The notes under the pieces: generated by a model
What the model was told of the DNA's origin: nothing
Database searches by the model: none
The model's input: only the letters and a program-made list of their open reading frames with translations
Origin: Candidatus Thorarchaeota archaeon
Lineage (GTDB): Archaea > Asgardarchaeota > Thorarchaeia > Thorarchaeales > Thorarchaeaceae
Reading direction: 5' to 3'
Assembly (NCBI GenBank): GCA_048884785.1
Contig: JBHLQM010000004.1
Span: forward strand, 32,001-96,000
Length of the DNA stretch: 64,000 bases
Shown: in pieces, positions 29,132 to 39,111 of the stretch
Numbering within the stretch: the stretch's first letter is position 1
Layout: each line of letters begins with the position of its first letter
Translations under genes and position numbers: made by a program

Positions 29132-30493
29132 ATGGTCAATCACATTGCCATTATAGGATGTGGTGCTGCTGGTGCGACAGCGGCAATGCAAGCCCGCAAA
29201 TTCAATCGTGATGTCAAGATTTCTATCTTCAATACTGAGAAGTATTCTCAGTACTCTCGATGCGGTCTTCCATATACAATCTCTGGTAAAGTCAAGGAGT
29301 TTGAAGATTTGGTCCTCATGGCTCCTGAAAATTGGAATGCAATCAAAGTGGAAGCGTACCTCGGATCAATAGTCACAGAGATTGAACATGAAAAACGAGT
29401 TCTAAGCTATGAAGGTACTGATGGAATAGGGAGTATAGAATATGATGCTTTGATATTTGCTACAGGAGCAGAAAATGCTGATCCACCCATCAAAGGATTA
29501 GAAAAACAACGCGTATACGGGTTGCGAACACTTGATGATGCAAAGGCACTCGCTGTTGAAGCCGAAAAGGCGAGGAATATTGTTGTTGTTGGAGGCGGTC
29601 TTGTGGGCATGGAAACCGCAGAGGCATTTCACGAACGAGGTGTGAGTGTAACGGTAATTGAATTCTTACCCAATATCCTATTGGCAATGGTGGACCCCGA
29701 TTATGCAACAATTGTTGAAGATCATTGCATTGAGCATGGTATTGAGATTCTTACAAATACAGCAGCTCAGGAAATCCTCGGAGGAGATGCCCCTGAAGCT
29801 GTTCTGGCAAAAAGCAGAGTTACAAATGAAAGTATTACAATCCCAGCCGATGCCGTTGTTGTTGCCACAGGTGTTAGGGCAAAAACTGAGCTGGCTCAGA
29901 AAATTGGAGTCAAGGTTGGCCCAACTCGAGGAATAATAGTCGATGAAAACATGATGACGAATATCGACAAGGTGTATGCATGTGGGGACTGTGCTGAGCA
30001 TGTAGATTTCATAACCCGAAAGCCCATGACTGGAGGGCTTGGTACAGTTGCAGTAAGACAAGGCCGTGTTGCTGGAATCAACGCTGCAGGAGGAGATGTT
30101 TCATTCCCTGGAATTGTTGGAGCAAAAGTAACAAAGCTTTTTGGCATGGAGATTGCAAGTACCGGACTTACTGAAGATTTAGCAAAGCGATTTGAAGTAG
30201 AAGTTGCAAAGGGTTCGATTAAGGGGGGAACAAAGCCACCATATTATGTCGGCGGTCATGAATTAAAAGTGAAGACATATTATAACAAAGAAACAGGCAA
30301 GCTCGTCGGAGGACAACTCCTCGGCGTGGAAGATGCTGCAATGAGGATTAATGTGATAACCCTTGGAATACAGCAGAATATCGATGCATTAGATCTATTT
30401 GACTTCGAAAACTGCTATGCACCGGCTATATGCGACACATGGGATCCATTGGTCCAATCGGCTGATGCCGCACGTCGAAGATTAAAGCTATAG
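29132..30493 (+). CDS. NADH oxidase / CoA-disulfide reductase family flavoprotein
   Basis: GCGAAG, single redox Cys in YSRCGLPY, GGGLVGME, ACGD and CYAP. Confidence 0.9.
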   Translation: MVNHIAIIGCGAAGATAAMQARKFNRDVKISIFNTEKYSQYSRCGLPYTISGKVKEFEDLVLMAPENWNAIKVEAYLGSIVTEIEHEKRVLSYEGTDGIGSIEYDALIFATGAENADPPIKGLEKQRVYGLRTLDDAKALAVEAEKARNIVVVGGGLVGMETAEAFHERGVSVTVIEFLPNILLAMVDPDYATIVEDHCIEHGIEILTNTAAQEILGGDAPEAVLAKSRVTNESITIPADAVVVATGVRAKTELAQKIGVKVGPTRGIIVDENMMTNIDKVYACGDCAEHVDFITRKPMTGGLGTVAVRQGRVAGINAAGGDVSFPGIVGAKVTKLFGMEIASTGLTEDLAKRFEVEVAKGSIKGGTKPPYYVGGHELKVKTYYNKETGKLVGGQLLGVEDAAMRINVITLGIQQNIDALDLFDFENCYAPAICDTWDPLVQSADAARRRLKL

Positions 30494-30520
30494 AGTTAGG
30501 GGCGATAGGTGGTTTTCCTC

Positions 30521-30979
30521 TCATGTCCCTGGGCCTGCAATGATATGTGCATTGTCTAGAGCGTATTGAAGGGAGCTAAGCTGGGTAGGCGAGCCCACGA
30601 CAATGATTACTTTCTCAATCTGACACCCTTTCTGACAATGTGTGTGAATTGCCCGTACTATCTCTTCGGCCACTTCCCAGCTAGGTATTCGTGATGTTTC
30701 AAATCCGGTTGTGAAAAAACATACTGATTTCTCAGAGAGCGAATCAGCCTTTTCTAGAGCATTTGTTACAGCATTGAACAGATTCTTTCTTCTTTGAGGA
30801 TCCCCCATTGATATGGAAGGCCAAAAGTCTCTATTTCTTGCAGAACTCGATTCTTGGATTGTGATACCCATGCCCAACCCTATCTCTATGTTCTTTGTAG
30901 CAACTGATAGGCCAATGTCTTTATCATCAAAAGGTCCCATTTGCGCCTTTACAGATATTTCCTGGAACAACCACTCCAT
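30521..30979 (-). CDS. divergent macrodomain-like protein
   Basis: The C-terminal half LFNAVTNALEKADSLSEKSVCF...IPSWEVAEEIVRAI...IEKVIIVV follows the macro-fold pattern. The NAAN and GGGV motifs are absent. Confidence 0.55.
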   Translation of the reverse strand: MEWLFQEISVKAQMGPFDDKDIGLSVATKNIEIGLGMGITIQESSSARNRDFWPSISMGDPQRRKNLFNAVTNALEKADSLSEKSVCFFTTGFETSRIPSWEVAEEIVRAIHTHCQKGCQIEKVIIVVGSPTQLSSLQYALDNAHIIAGPGT

Positions 30980-31167
30980 TTTCTGACCCCTTGTCCTATG
31001 TTACCCACCATCTATTGCATTTATTCAGCAATTAATGTCCATTCAATATGTCATCATTCCGTAAAAAAATAGCTGTAATGAGCGAAAATATCTCACATGA
31101 GGGATCGCATTCCAAACCCAGGGACTACCCTAGTCAGAGCACAATCCTTTTTGGTGGAAAGTAAGTC

Positions 31168-31761
31168 TTGCGCTTGGCGAGAAACCTGAACGATGTAACT
31201 CATGAGGAATACCTGCATCTCTGTAAGAAATATGGCACTCCAATGAAGTGTCATTTTGAGGCTAAATTCCTAGATTTTGAATGCGACCTCGTCCGATCAA
31301 GCTCCTCAAAGGGGCGACAACATGACATAACATGCTTCATTCCACGTGATGATGGGTGGGTCACTATTCAGAAGCATGCATACTCAGGGACCGGAATTTT
31401 CAGAGCACCTTCTGGGGGAGCTCATTTTGGCGAATCTCTCGAGATTGCGGCAGAGCGGGAGATGAAGGAAGAAACTGGATTGGATATTGAACTGAAGCAT
31501 TTCATGGTAGATATCTCGCTTGAAGTTAAGTGCAGCGAAGGAATTATTCCATGGAGGTCTCTAGTGTTTCTTGCGGAAGCTGTGGGCGGTGAGATGAAGG
31601 CCATTGATACCGATGAGATATCCGATGTGAGGGTGTCTCTTAGAGAGGACATGCTTGGACCAATCAATCAGCTTATGGAGAACTCAGGCTGGGGAGGTTT
31701 TGCGTACAGGGCTTTCCTTACAACTAAGTTCTTTGAAGCACTAGATGGTGAGCGAAAGTAG
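31168..31761 (+). CDS. NUDIX hydrolase
   Basis: Nudix box GGAHFGESLEIAAEREMKEETGL. Confidence 0.9.
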   Translation: MRLARNLNDVTHEEYLHLCKKYGTPMKCHFEAKFLDFECDLVRSSSSKGRQHDITCFIPRDDGWVTIQKHAYSGTGIFRAPSGGAHFGESLEIAAEREMKEETGLDIELKHFMVDISLEVKCSEGIIPWRSLVFLAEAVGGEMKAIDTDEISDVRVSLREDMLGPINQLMENSGWGGFAYRAFLTTKFFEALDGERK

Positions 31762-31780
31762 GAATACCTGTTATCCCGAT

Positions 31781-32842
31781 TTATTGATTCCATTTGCTCA
31801 GTGCTCGCTCCATGCACTCGATTGCTGCAAGGATGTGTGGTTTAGCATCTACCAGCAATTGGGATCCCATTGTCCTTTTTTCAACGGTGAATTCCTCCCC
31901 TTTCCAATTTCTCTCAACGCTAAATGGAAACAGTTCTGAGAATATCCTTAGTTTCTCAGCTGCATGCTTGTACTGATGCGATGCTTCAGCAAGATCTTCA
32001 CCGAAAGGATGTTTTTTGTACCTCCTTGACAATCGCATTAGGAATGATGAGGCCAACTCCATTCCTTCTTTAGTGCATGCAGCGACATAGGAGTTCCCAT
32101 GGTAATTGAGCTGCTTTACATCCTTCATTTTTTTGGAGTCTTCTTCTGATTTTGGCACCACACCGGATTCAAGTATTCCTGCCCACTGAGATAATGCATC
32201 AGGACCTGGTACATACCTCGCATTGATTTCATCATTCCCAAAATCGACACCTTTCGCGATTAGAACTGCACGCCTAATTGCCACTTTATCGAGGCTGTTG
32301 AGATTTGGTGTGTCAATCTTGGTTTCGAAAACCATCTTCGATAACCCTCCTGGTGCATTCAACTGGTCGAATCTAATGGGGTCTTCATCTTGACCCTGTA
32401 GACGTCTGAATGTGCTGACGATGTAATGATCCCCATCAAAACCATTTACAATCCCAAATTCCGGTACAGGTATTCCCCAAATTCCTACAGGTCTATTTGT
32501 ACGAGTTAGATTGGATTTGATATCCTCGAAATACTCACGTGCTCTAGCAATCTCATTTTCATCTTCACTTGGAGAATATGAAGGGCCTGTCCATCCAAAT
32601 GTCACCTTCCACCCAAACGACTCCAGTCCCTCCCTAAAGAGGTCAAAGGGAGCCACAGTGGGTGCTGATGGGCAGGTAGTATCAATACTAGTATTCAGGT
32701 GGAATGCGTAGCCTGTATATCCGCCTGCATAGACCAAGTCAACTTCTTCATCCATGGCGCGAAGGATGCCAACAGCAGCAGATAGGTATGATATCCATGC
32801 CGGGACATATTCACCTTTGCTATCGACTTCGAAATTATCCAT
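31781..32842 (-). CDS. hypothetical protein (BtrH-N/C39-peptidase-like fold possible)
   Basis: Long ORF with GYAF, TCPS and WGIPVPEFGIVNGFD motifs and a helical C-terminus. GGAGG RBS. Confidence 0.6.
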   Translation of the reverse strand: MDNFEVDSKGEYVPAWISYLSAAVGILRAMDEEVDLVYAGGYTGYAFHLNTSIDTTCPSAPTVAPFDLFREGLESFGWKVTFGWTGPSYSPSEDENEIARAREYFEDIKSNLTRTNRPVGIWGIPVPEFGIVNGFDGDHYIVSTFRRLQGQDEDPIRFDQLNAPGGLSKMVFETKIDTPNLNSLDKVAIRRAVLIAKGVDFGNDEINARYVPGPDALSQWAGILESGVVPKSEEDSKKMKDVKQLNYHGNSYVAACTKEGMELASSFLMRLSRRYKKHPFGEDLAEASHQYKHAAEKLRIFSELFPFSVERNWKGEEFTVEKRTMGSQLLVDAKPHILAAIECMERALSKWNQ

Positions 32843-33032
32843 TCTTCAAATCCTCCAAAAATGCTCCTGTTACATTATTGCTTGCTGTTTTAATTTATTT
32901 GACATAGGAAATAATCAGTTTGCAAATCTGATTAATACAATGGTATTTTGCATAGAAATGTATTTAGTTAAGTTGACGTTTACTCAGGGCGGCCTCATTT
33001 GATTTCCAATTGGGGCTGCGAGGTGTTCGTAA

Positions 33033-33416
33033 GTGGAAATTCCTAGTATTTTGAAATATACATTCTTATTTCATTTTATAGCCTGCTTGGTCTTTGGGGT
33101 CATATTTTTCCTGAGTCCAGAGATTTTTGTGGATTTGGTGGCGTGGCCTTTCTTAGACCCAATTGCAGGTAGGGTTTTGGGATCCATGTTTCTAGGATTT
33201 GCAGTTGCAAGTCTTTTGGGATACAGGGCCTCATCATGGGAAGAGGTGAAAATAGTAGTACTTGCGGATATTGTTTGGACTGTCTTTGGAACAATATCGA
33301 TGATTTGGATGATAGCAGTATACCCAACTGCTCCGTTCGCTGCTTGGTTTGAGCTGCTTTTGGTGGCTTTATTCATGGTGCTCTTCTTGTACTGCTACAT
33401 GAAGGTCAAAAGATAG
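33033..33416 (+). CDS. 4-TM membrane protein
   Basis: Four hydrophobic helices, a WPFLDP motif and a GAGGTG RBS. Confidence 0.78.
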   Translation: MEIPSILKYTFLFHFIACLVFGVIFFLSPEIFVDLVAWPFLDPIAGRVLGSMFLGFAVASLLGYRASSWEEVKIVVLADIVWTVFGTISMIWMIAVYPTAPFAAWFELLLVALFMVLFLYCYMKVKR

Positions 33417-33543
33417 GCAAATGCATCTAGGATTCGGATTAGGCTCAGTTTTGAGAATCTCTTTTGGCTGAGCTGTATGAGAACTTGAATAGGACTCGAA
33501 CCTATCTGGTAGTCCAGACTATTGAATTCAGAAAATTAGTTGG

Positions 33544-33567
33544 TGACTGCGGCAATCGCCGCAGTCA
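33544..33567. terminator. 10-bp perfect hairpin between convergent genes
   Basis: TGACTGCGGC-aatc-GCCGCAGTCA, just after the tfb stop codon. Confidence 0.7.
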
Positions 33568-33575
33568 TTCATATA

Positions 33576-34544
33576 CTATGGTGCCATTGTCAGCTGAAGT
33601 TTCTTTACAAGCTCCTTGTAACGGTTTCTTATAGTAACCTCAGTAACTCCAGCAGTCTTGGCGATTGCCCTTTGAGTGATTCTTTGATCAGTCAGAATCG
33701 AAGCAATGTAGATTGCAGCAGCTGCAAGTCCTCTCGGATCCCTGCCTGTCACAAGATTTCTCTCTCTCCTTGCCTTCTCCAGCAACTCTAAAGTCATAGA
33801 CTGTACCTCTGCTGGGAGTCCAAGTTCAGTTACAAATCTCGTTACGTATGTTTCAGGCCCTGGAATGGGCATCCTAAGCTTGAGTTTGGTTGCAAGCATC
33901 CTATAATGAGCGCCAATCTTCTTCTTCGAAACCGGCGATAGAACAGCTATCTCTTCAAGTGATCTTGGCGATTCTCTGAGTCTGCATGCGGCGTAAATAG
34001 ACGCAGCAACAGTTGCATCTATTGATCTGCTCTTTGCAAGTCGGCCTACAATGAGTTTCCTGTATAGCATAGCTGCTAGCTCTCTTATACCATTAGAAAG
34101 GCCTAGCTGCGAAGCTAATCTATCCATCTCAGTCATAGCCTGAGCTAGATTTCGATCCATGGAGCTGTGTACACGTGTACGTATCTGCCATTTTCGCAAC
34201 CGGAAAATTTGGGCACGCTGAGATGATGTAAAGCGTTTACCCTGTGAGTCATGGTCGCGCCAGTCAATCATGGTTGACAGACCCTTGTCATGAATTGCGA
34301 AATTGGTCGGTGCTCCAGTCCTTGAGCGTGCATCTTTCTCATCTGATGTAAATGCCCTCCATTCAGGACCCGAATCAATGCGGTGGTCACTTAGTACCAA
34401 TCCGCATGTTGCACAGATTATCTCCCCCTTCTCATTATCTCGAATGATCTCAGATCCTCCGCAATCTGAGCATGATTTTATGGTTTCATTCGAAAGGCTA
34501 TTCTTACTACTTATTTTACTTCTATTACCTAAACTAGCTACCAT
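33576..34544 (-). CDS. tfb: transcription initiation factor IIB, paralog 2
   Basis: Zn ribbon CSDC...CATC, GPEWRAF B-reader, two cyclin folds and GVTEVTIRNRYKEL. Confidence 0.96.
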   Translation of the reverse strand: MVASLGNRSKISSKNSLSNETIKSCSDCGGSEIIRDNEKGEIICATCGLVLSDHRIDSGPEWRAFTSDEKDARSRTGAPTNFAIHDKGLSTMIDWRDHDSQGKRFTSSQRAQIFRLRKWQIRTRVHSSMDRNLAQAMTEMDRLASQLGLSNGIRELAAMLYRKLIVGRLAKSRSIDATVAASIYAACRLRESPRSLEEIAVLSPVSKKKIGAHYRMLATKLKLRMPIPGPETYVTRFVTELGLPAEVQSMTLELLEKARRERNLVTGRDPRGLAAAAIYIASILTDQRITQRAIAKTAGVTEVTIRNRYKELVKKLQLTMAP

Positions 34545-34621
34545 CTTGTTTAGTTCTCTCTCCTATGTGATTGCGATCACGTGTCGCGTGCTTTTTTTCC
34601 TTGTCTTTTGTATGCGGCGTA

Positions 34622-35587
34622 TCAAGGAGCCATTGTGATGTGAAGTTTGTTCACCAGTTCCTTGTACCTGTTTCTGACCGTAACCTCAGTCACTCCAGCT
34701 GCAACTGCTATGTCTCTTTGAGTCACACGGTGGTCTGTGAGTATTGAGGCAATGTATATTGCCGCTGCAGCAAGCCCCCTCGGGTCACGACCTGTAACGA
34801 GTGTTCTATTGGCCCTTGCCTGTTCAAGTATTTCGAGCACCTTCTGTTGTACGATGCCAGGGAGCCCCAGTTGAGTGATGAATCTCGGCACATAATTTGC
34901 CGGATCCGAAATAGGCATTCTTAGCTTAAGCTTTTCAACTAGCAATCGATAGTGCTGTCCAATCTTCTTCTTACTCACGCGCGAATGCCGCGAAATCTCT
35001 TCAAGAGACCTCGGAGACGATCTCAGTCTGCAGGCTGCATATATTGCTGCTCCTACCATTGCATCAATAGACCTGCTTCTGGCAAGTCTTCGCACAATGA
35101 GTTTTCTGTACAGCAAAGCTGCAAGTTCCTTGATACTTTTGGTCAGTCCAAGCTGAGATGAAAGTCTTTCAAGCTCGGACATCGCCTGAGCAAGGTTTCT
35201 GTCCACAGAGCTATGTACGCGAGTACGAATCTGCCATTTTCTAAGACGATAGATCTCAGAACGTTTTTTGGCAGAAAACTTCTTTCCTGAAGAGTCATGG
35301 TCACGCCAGTCAATCATGGTTGATAGACCTTTGTCATGGATTGCATAATTGGTTGGTGCTCCAGCCCTGGAACGTGCGTCCTTTTCGTCTGAGGTGAATG
35401 CCCTCCATTCTGGTCCAGTGTCAATTCTATGATCACTAAGGACCAATCCGCAAGTGGCACAGATTTTCTCACCTTTCTCAATGTCCTGCACGACTTCTGA
35501 ACCGCCGCACTCAGGACATGTGAATTCTGCGGAATCTGTGCGTGCGCGTCCTTCTGAACGCCTCTTTTTATCTTGTCTGGATGACAT
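34622..35587 (-). CDS. tfb: transcription initiation factor IIB, paralog 1
   Basis: CPEC...CATC, GPEWRAF, HDKGLST and GVTEVTVRNRYKEL. Confidence 0.96.
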   Translation of the reverse strand: MSSRQDKKRRSEGRARTDSAEFTCPECGGSEVVQDIEKGEKICATCGLVLSDHRIDTGPEWRAFTSDEKDARSRAGAPTNYAIHDKGLSTMIDWRDHDSSGKKFSAKKRSEIYRLRKWQIRTRVHSSVDRNLAQAMSELERLSSQLGLTKSIKELAALLYRKLIVRRLARSRSIDAMVGAAIYAACRLRSSPRSLEEISRHSRVSKKKIGQHYRLLVEKLKLRMPISDPANYVPRFITQLGLPGIVQQKVLEILEQARANRTLVTGRDPRGLAAAAIYIASILTDHRVTQRDIAVAAGVTEVTVRNRYKELVNKLHITMAP

Positions 35588-35723
35588 CCCTCTTCACCTC
35601 ATACCTTCTGGGCTACCATTGACTGCGCCTTCTAAGAAATCATCCTTGCCGCAACAAATCCGTTTCAGAAAGTGGCGCTTTGTTATAGTATTCGCCTCGT
35701 CAGGTTCCGCTACAAGGGAAACC

Positions 35724-35744
35724 TTATATACAATAGTATATAAA
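35724..35744. promoter_or_regulatory. back-to-back TATA boxes upstream of tfb
   Basis: Perfect inverted repeat TTATATAC-aata-GTATATAA. It reads TTTATATA on the minus strand. Confidence 0.5.
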
Positions 35745-36075
35745 CATTGCGGTGGTTCCACTGAACTCGTTCTATAAGAAGCTTGTGCTATGTTGCCGTG
35801 CGGGAATTTTGTTTTAAAACTTACGAAGAGCTTGAAAAGGAAGTTTTGACTCCCTCTGTTAAGCCAAAAGTGCAGTTTTGAGGGCGTCTGGCTCAAAAAG
35901 CTCATGTACTGCCTTCCTAAAATCAAGATTTGGCAAATTCTCCTTTAATATTTGCTCGAGAATTGCTATATTCTCACTATATAGTATAGAGCATTACCTG
36001 GTTTAGGAGGCTGGTTTCTGTAAAATGCGGATTTAATATATTGATAGTCATACAAATATCTGAGGTGCATGTGAA

Positions 36076-36519
36076 TTGGAGGGATGGTTAGAGTGCCCCA
36101 TAGAATGGGCTTACTATATTCATCCAGCACGACTAGAAATGTTTCGTGTCTGGAAGATGGTTCCAATTGGAGGTATAATCCTAAGTAAGATCCCCGTGAA
36201 ACAGGCGGATGGAAGAAACTTCGTTTCCACCGAGTACATTGTTGTCGAGAAACATGGCTTGAGAGCATTAACCGGAAAGGATGAGGCTACCCTCATCCTT
36301 GCTCAACAGTCAATTCGATTCATAAAGAAAAACGAATCGTTTCCGCCGCATTGCAGGATGCTGAGAACGTATTCGAATGGTGATGCTGATCTCCTCTTTA
36401 GGCCTTCCAATTATGATGTATTTGAAATTCATATTTCCTGTACCTCATTTGGTGAGAATTTTGCCGCGTATCTGGCTTTGCTGAAAGTTAGGAATTCTGA
36501 AGGAATTTCCACTCACTAA
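36076..36519 (+). CDS. hypothetical protein
   Basis: 147-aa ORF with a GAGGTG RBS upstream and no recognisable motif. Confidence 0.65.
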   Translation: MEGWLECPIEWAYYIHPARLEMFRVWKMVPIGGIILSKIPVKQADGRNFVSTEYIVVEKHGLRALTGKDEATLILAQQSIRFIKKNESFPPHCRMLRTYSNGDADLLFRPSNYDVFEIHISCTSFGENFAAYLALLKVRNSEGISTH

Positions 36520-36585
36520 TATGGGAATACTGGATACCTAAAAATATATTAACTATTGTTATCAACCTCCCTATGAGGACTAGTT

Positions 36586-37068
36586 ATGCCCGAAGAAGAG
36601 AAGTTCACTCTTAATGAGTTTCACAAGAAAATGGGTGCCAAGACCAATGGTGGGGTCTGGGGATTTCTGGATGATTCAACTCCAACCACCGCTGGGTTTG
36701 AAGATGCATTGGAAATGGCACATACATCTCGCTACCATTGGAGACAGGTAGGCACGTTGACAAATGATGTTCGTGCTGTCTACATGATTGCTCGTGTGTA
36801 TGCACATATGGGTCATGGGGATTCTGCAATGCACTATGCCAAAATAATGCTTGGTCTTGCTAAAAAAGCAGAGAAAGAAGATGCTGCCAACTGGAAATCA
36901 TTTGACATGCCTTTTGTATATGAAGCAATGGCAAAATCATATGCAGCTGCTAGAAAGAAGGATGAATGCAAGAAATTCAGAAAAATGTCTCAGGATCTAA
37001 TCAACAATCTGACAGACAAACAGGACAAGGAAATTTGCCAAGCAGAATTGGATAAACTGAAATGCTAG
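36586..37068 (+). CDS. helical (TPR-like) hypothetical protein
   Basis: AHTSRYHW...ARVY...YEAMAKSY motif pattern. Confidence 0.75.
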   Translation: MPEEEKFTLNEFHKKMGAKTNGGVWGFLDDSTPTTAGFEDALEMAHTSRYHWRQVGTLTNDVRAVYMIARVYAHMGHGDSAMHYAKIMLGLAKKAEKEDAANWKSFDMPFVYEAMAKSYAAARKKDECKKFRKMSQDLINNLTDKQDKEICQAELDKLKC

Positions 37069-37331
37069 GAATAGGCGAATCGTTTGCCTTTCTCAGTCAC
37101 ATAGTATATTCTACCAGAAGTGTTGTCTGTGCAGTTGGCTGCTGAAGTATTACAGCTGGAGCAATGTGAATCATCTGATATGCTACAGTCACTAACCCTT
37201 AGCATACCTCTTCTAGTGAGCAGGTCCAGCATATCATCCAAGGTTTCGTGTTGGACGCCAACTGTCAAGGCAATATCCTGTTTACTCCTCATACCTGCTT
37301 CCATGATAAGTTGAACAATTCTCTTTAGCAA
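37065..37331 (-). CDS. feoC: FeoC-like winged-helix Fe-S protein
   Basis: wHTH (DIALTVGV...MLDLLTRRG) plus C...CSSC...C, at the end of the feo operon. Confidence 0.75.
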   Translation of the reverse strand: MLKRIVQLIMEAGMRSKQDIALTVGVQHETLDDMLDLLTRRGMLRVSDCSISDDSHCSSCNTSAANCTDNTSGRIYYVTEKGKRFAYS

Positions 37332-37334
37332 TAC

Positions 37335-37790
37335 TTAGCCCCCTGCATGCATCATCTTATTCTCAATAGGGATTCTTCCTGTTAGTTTGAGATATGCAGC
37401 AGCAATGAGTATCACGAAAAACAGCCAGATGGCCGGGGAGAAATCGTCCAGTGGTGACCAATTAATCCAATCATCGAAAGCTAGGAGTCTTCCAAGCGCG
37501 TTTGTGCCAATAACAATGAGATGTAGCGCAAACAAGACTGCTGCAAGACCTGATGCAACAAGTGTGTATGCATACCCCTCGAACTGTCTATCTCTCAGTG
37601 GTTTCAATCCGGTGAGATATACAGAGCCTACAATTACAAGCATTAGAGAGGAAATCATATCACTTGATCCAGGAAGAGAAAATGTGTAGCCAAAACCCAA
37701 TATGAGGTACAAGAATCCTATAATCGTATAAAGAGCCCCAAGTACTGCATTGGCGTAAAAGGGCCATTTGGACAAGCTAGTTTTACCCAA
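37335..37790 (-). CDS. membrane protein in the feo operon
   Basis: Four TM helices. It overlaps the feoB stop codon. Confidence 0.75.
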   Translation of the reverse strand: MGKTSLSKWPFYANAVLGALYTIIGFLYLILGFGYTFSLPGSSDMISSLMLVIVGSVYLTGLKPLRDRQFEGYAYTLVASGLAAVLFALHLIVIGTNALGRLLAFDDWINWSPLDDFSPAIWLFFVILIAAAYLKLTGRIPIENKMMHAGG

Positions 37791-39111
37791 TGAATATCCC
37801 CCCTATTAGAACAACAACGAAAGCGACTACGTAGGCCAAGGCAACTTGATAGAATACTGAGAATGCTGCCCATTTCCATGATCCGGTTTCCTTTCTTATG
37901 GTACCAATTGTGGCAATACATGGAGTATATAGAAGTACGAAAACCATGAGTGCCAATGCCTGCACAGGTCCTAGGAGACCTGTCAAGCCAATGGCGATTG
38001 CTGCTTCGCTCTGAGTGGAAAAAATGATTCCCAGAGATTCAACTACTACTTCTTTTGCGAGAAGGCCGAATAATAATGCAGTCACAATTTGCCACGGGAA
38101 TCCAAGTGGTGCAAATAAAGGCTCCATCGTAGTACCAAGCAATGCTACAAAGGATTCCTCCACAGGGACACCAAATCCTGTAGGTCCAACATTAGCAATG
38201 AACCATATCAATATGGCACCTGCAACCAAATAGGTCCCTGCTTTCTTCAAGAAGAGAACTCCTCTCTCCCAGGCATGAGTAAGCGTTCCATGGAATGTAG
38301 GAACCTGATACATTGGGAGCTCCATTAGAAGGGGTGATGCTTGTTCTTTAAAGAGGGTCTTTTTGAAGACAAGAGCCATAATCACGGCCATCAGAATTCC
38401 CAGCAAATACATGAGGAATACCATTGTTCCTGCAAAATCCGGGAAGAAGACTCCCGCAATCAGAACATACACGGGCAGACGAGCCGCACATGACATTAGT
38501 GGACTCACGAGTATAGTTGTTAGTCTATTGGCTTCACCATCAACTGTCCTGGCAGCCATGATTGCTGGAACGCTGCAACCAAATCCTAGTAACAGGGGAA
38601 TGAAAGACCTGCCATGTAGCCCCATCTTCATCATTATTCTATCCATGACAAACGCTGCCCTTGCAAGATATCCGCTATCTTCAAGCATCGAGATTGTCAT
38701 GTACATGAACAGAATAGGTGGCAGAAATACGATAATAAAACCAACTCCACCGATTATTCCGTCTGTTATGAGAGATGCTAGCCATGAGATTTGTATTTGG
38801 GTGGTGTAGCTTGCCAGCAATGCCAACATAGCCTCAATCATCGACATGAAGACTTTACTAGCTTCGAATGTGAAGTGGAACATCACCCAAACTACTAGGA
38901 GGAAAATTGGAAGACCCAGATATTTGTGTAGAAACACTTTATCGAGCATATCGCTAAGGGTCCATTTTCCTTGACCTGGTTGATACACTTGACATAGGAT
39001 GTCTCCGATTACCTGATACCTTTCATCAGCAAGAATCAACTGGTTATCATAGATTTCATCATCTTCGAAGTCCTCAACGACATCATTCGATGACATGTTT
39101 TTTGGAATCAT
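37783..39111 (-). CDS. feoB: ferrous iron transporter FeoB, membrane domain (split gene)
   Basis: LEDSGYLARAAF, GFGCSVPA, MSCAARLPVY and LYTPCIAT. Confidence 0.93.
   Translation of the reverse strand: MIPKNMSSNDVVEDFEDDEIYDNQLILADERYQVIGDILCQVYQPGQGKWTLSDMLDKVFLHKYLGLPIFLLVVWVMFHFTFEASKVFMSMIEAMLALLASYTTQIQISWLASLITDGIIGGVGFIIVFLPPILFMYMTISMLEDSGYLARAAFVMDRIMMKMGLHGRSFIPLLLGFGCSVPAIMAARTVDGEANRLTTILVSPLMSCAARLPVYVLIAGVFFPDFAGTMVFLMYLLGILMAVIMALVFKKTLFKEQASPLLMELPMYQVPTFHGTLTHAWERGVLFLKKAGTYLVAGAILIWFIANVGPTGFGVPVEESFVALLGTTMEPLFAPLGFPWQIVTALLFGLLAKEVVVESLGIIFSTQSEAAIAIGLTGLLGPVQALALMVFVLLYTPCIATIGTIRKETGSWKWAAFSVFYQVALAYVVAFVVVLIGGIFIG

Noticed and set aside
35594-36268. ORFs 35594-35926 and 35966-36268 on the minus strand
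   Set aside because: No recognisable motifs. They overlap the likely tfb promoter and the better-supported + strand ORF.
39108-39111. feoB frameshift pseudogene
   Set aside because: The clean ATGA stop/start overlap with its own GGAGG RBS and intact motifs in both halves indicates a real split gene.
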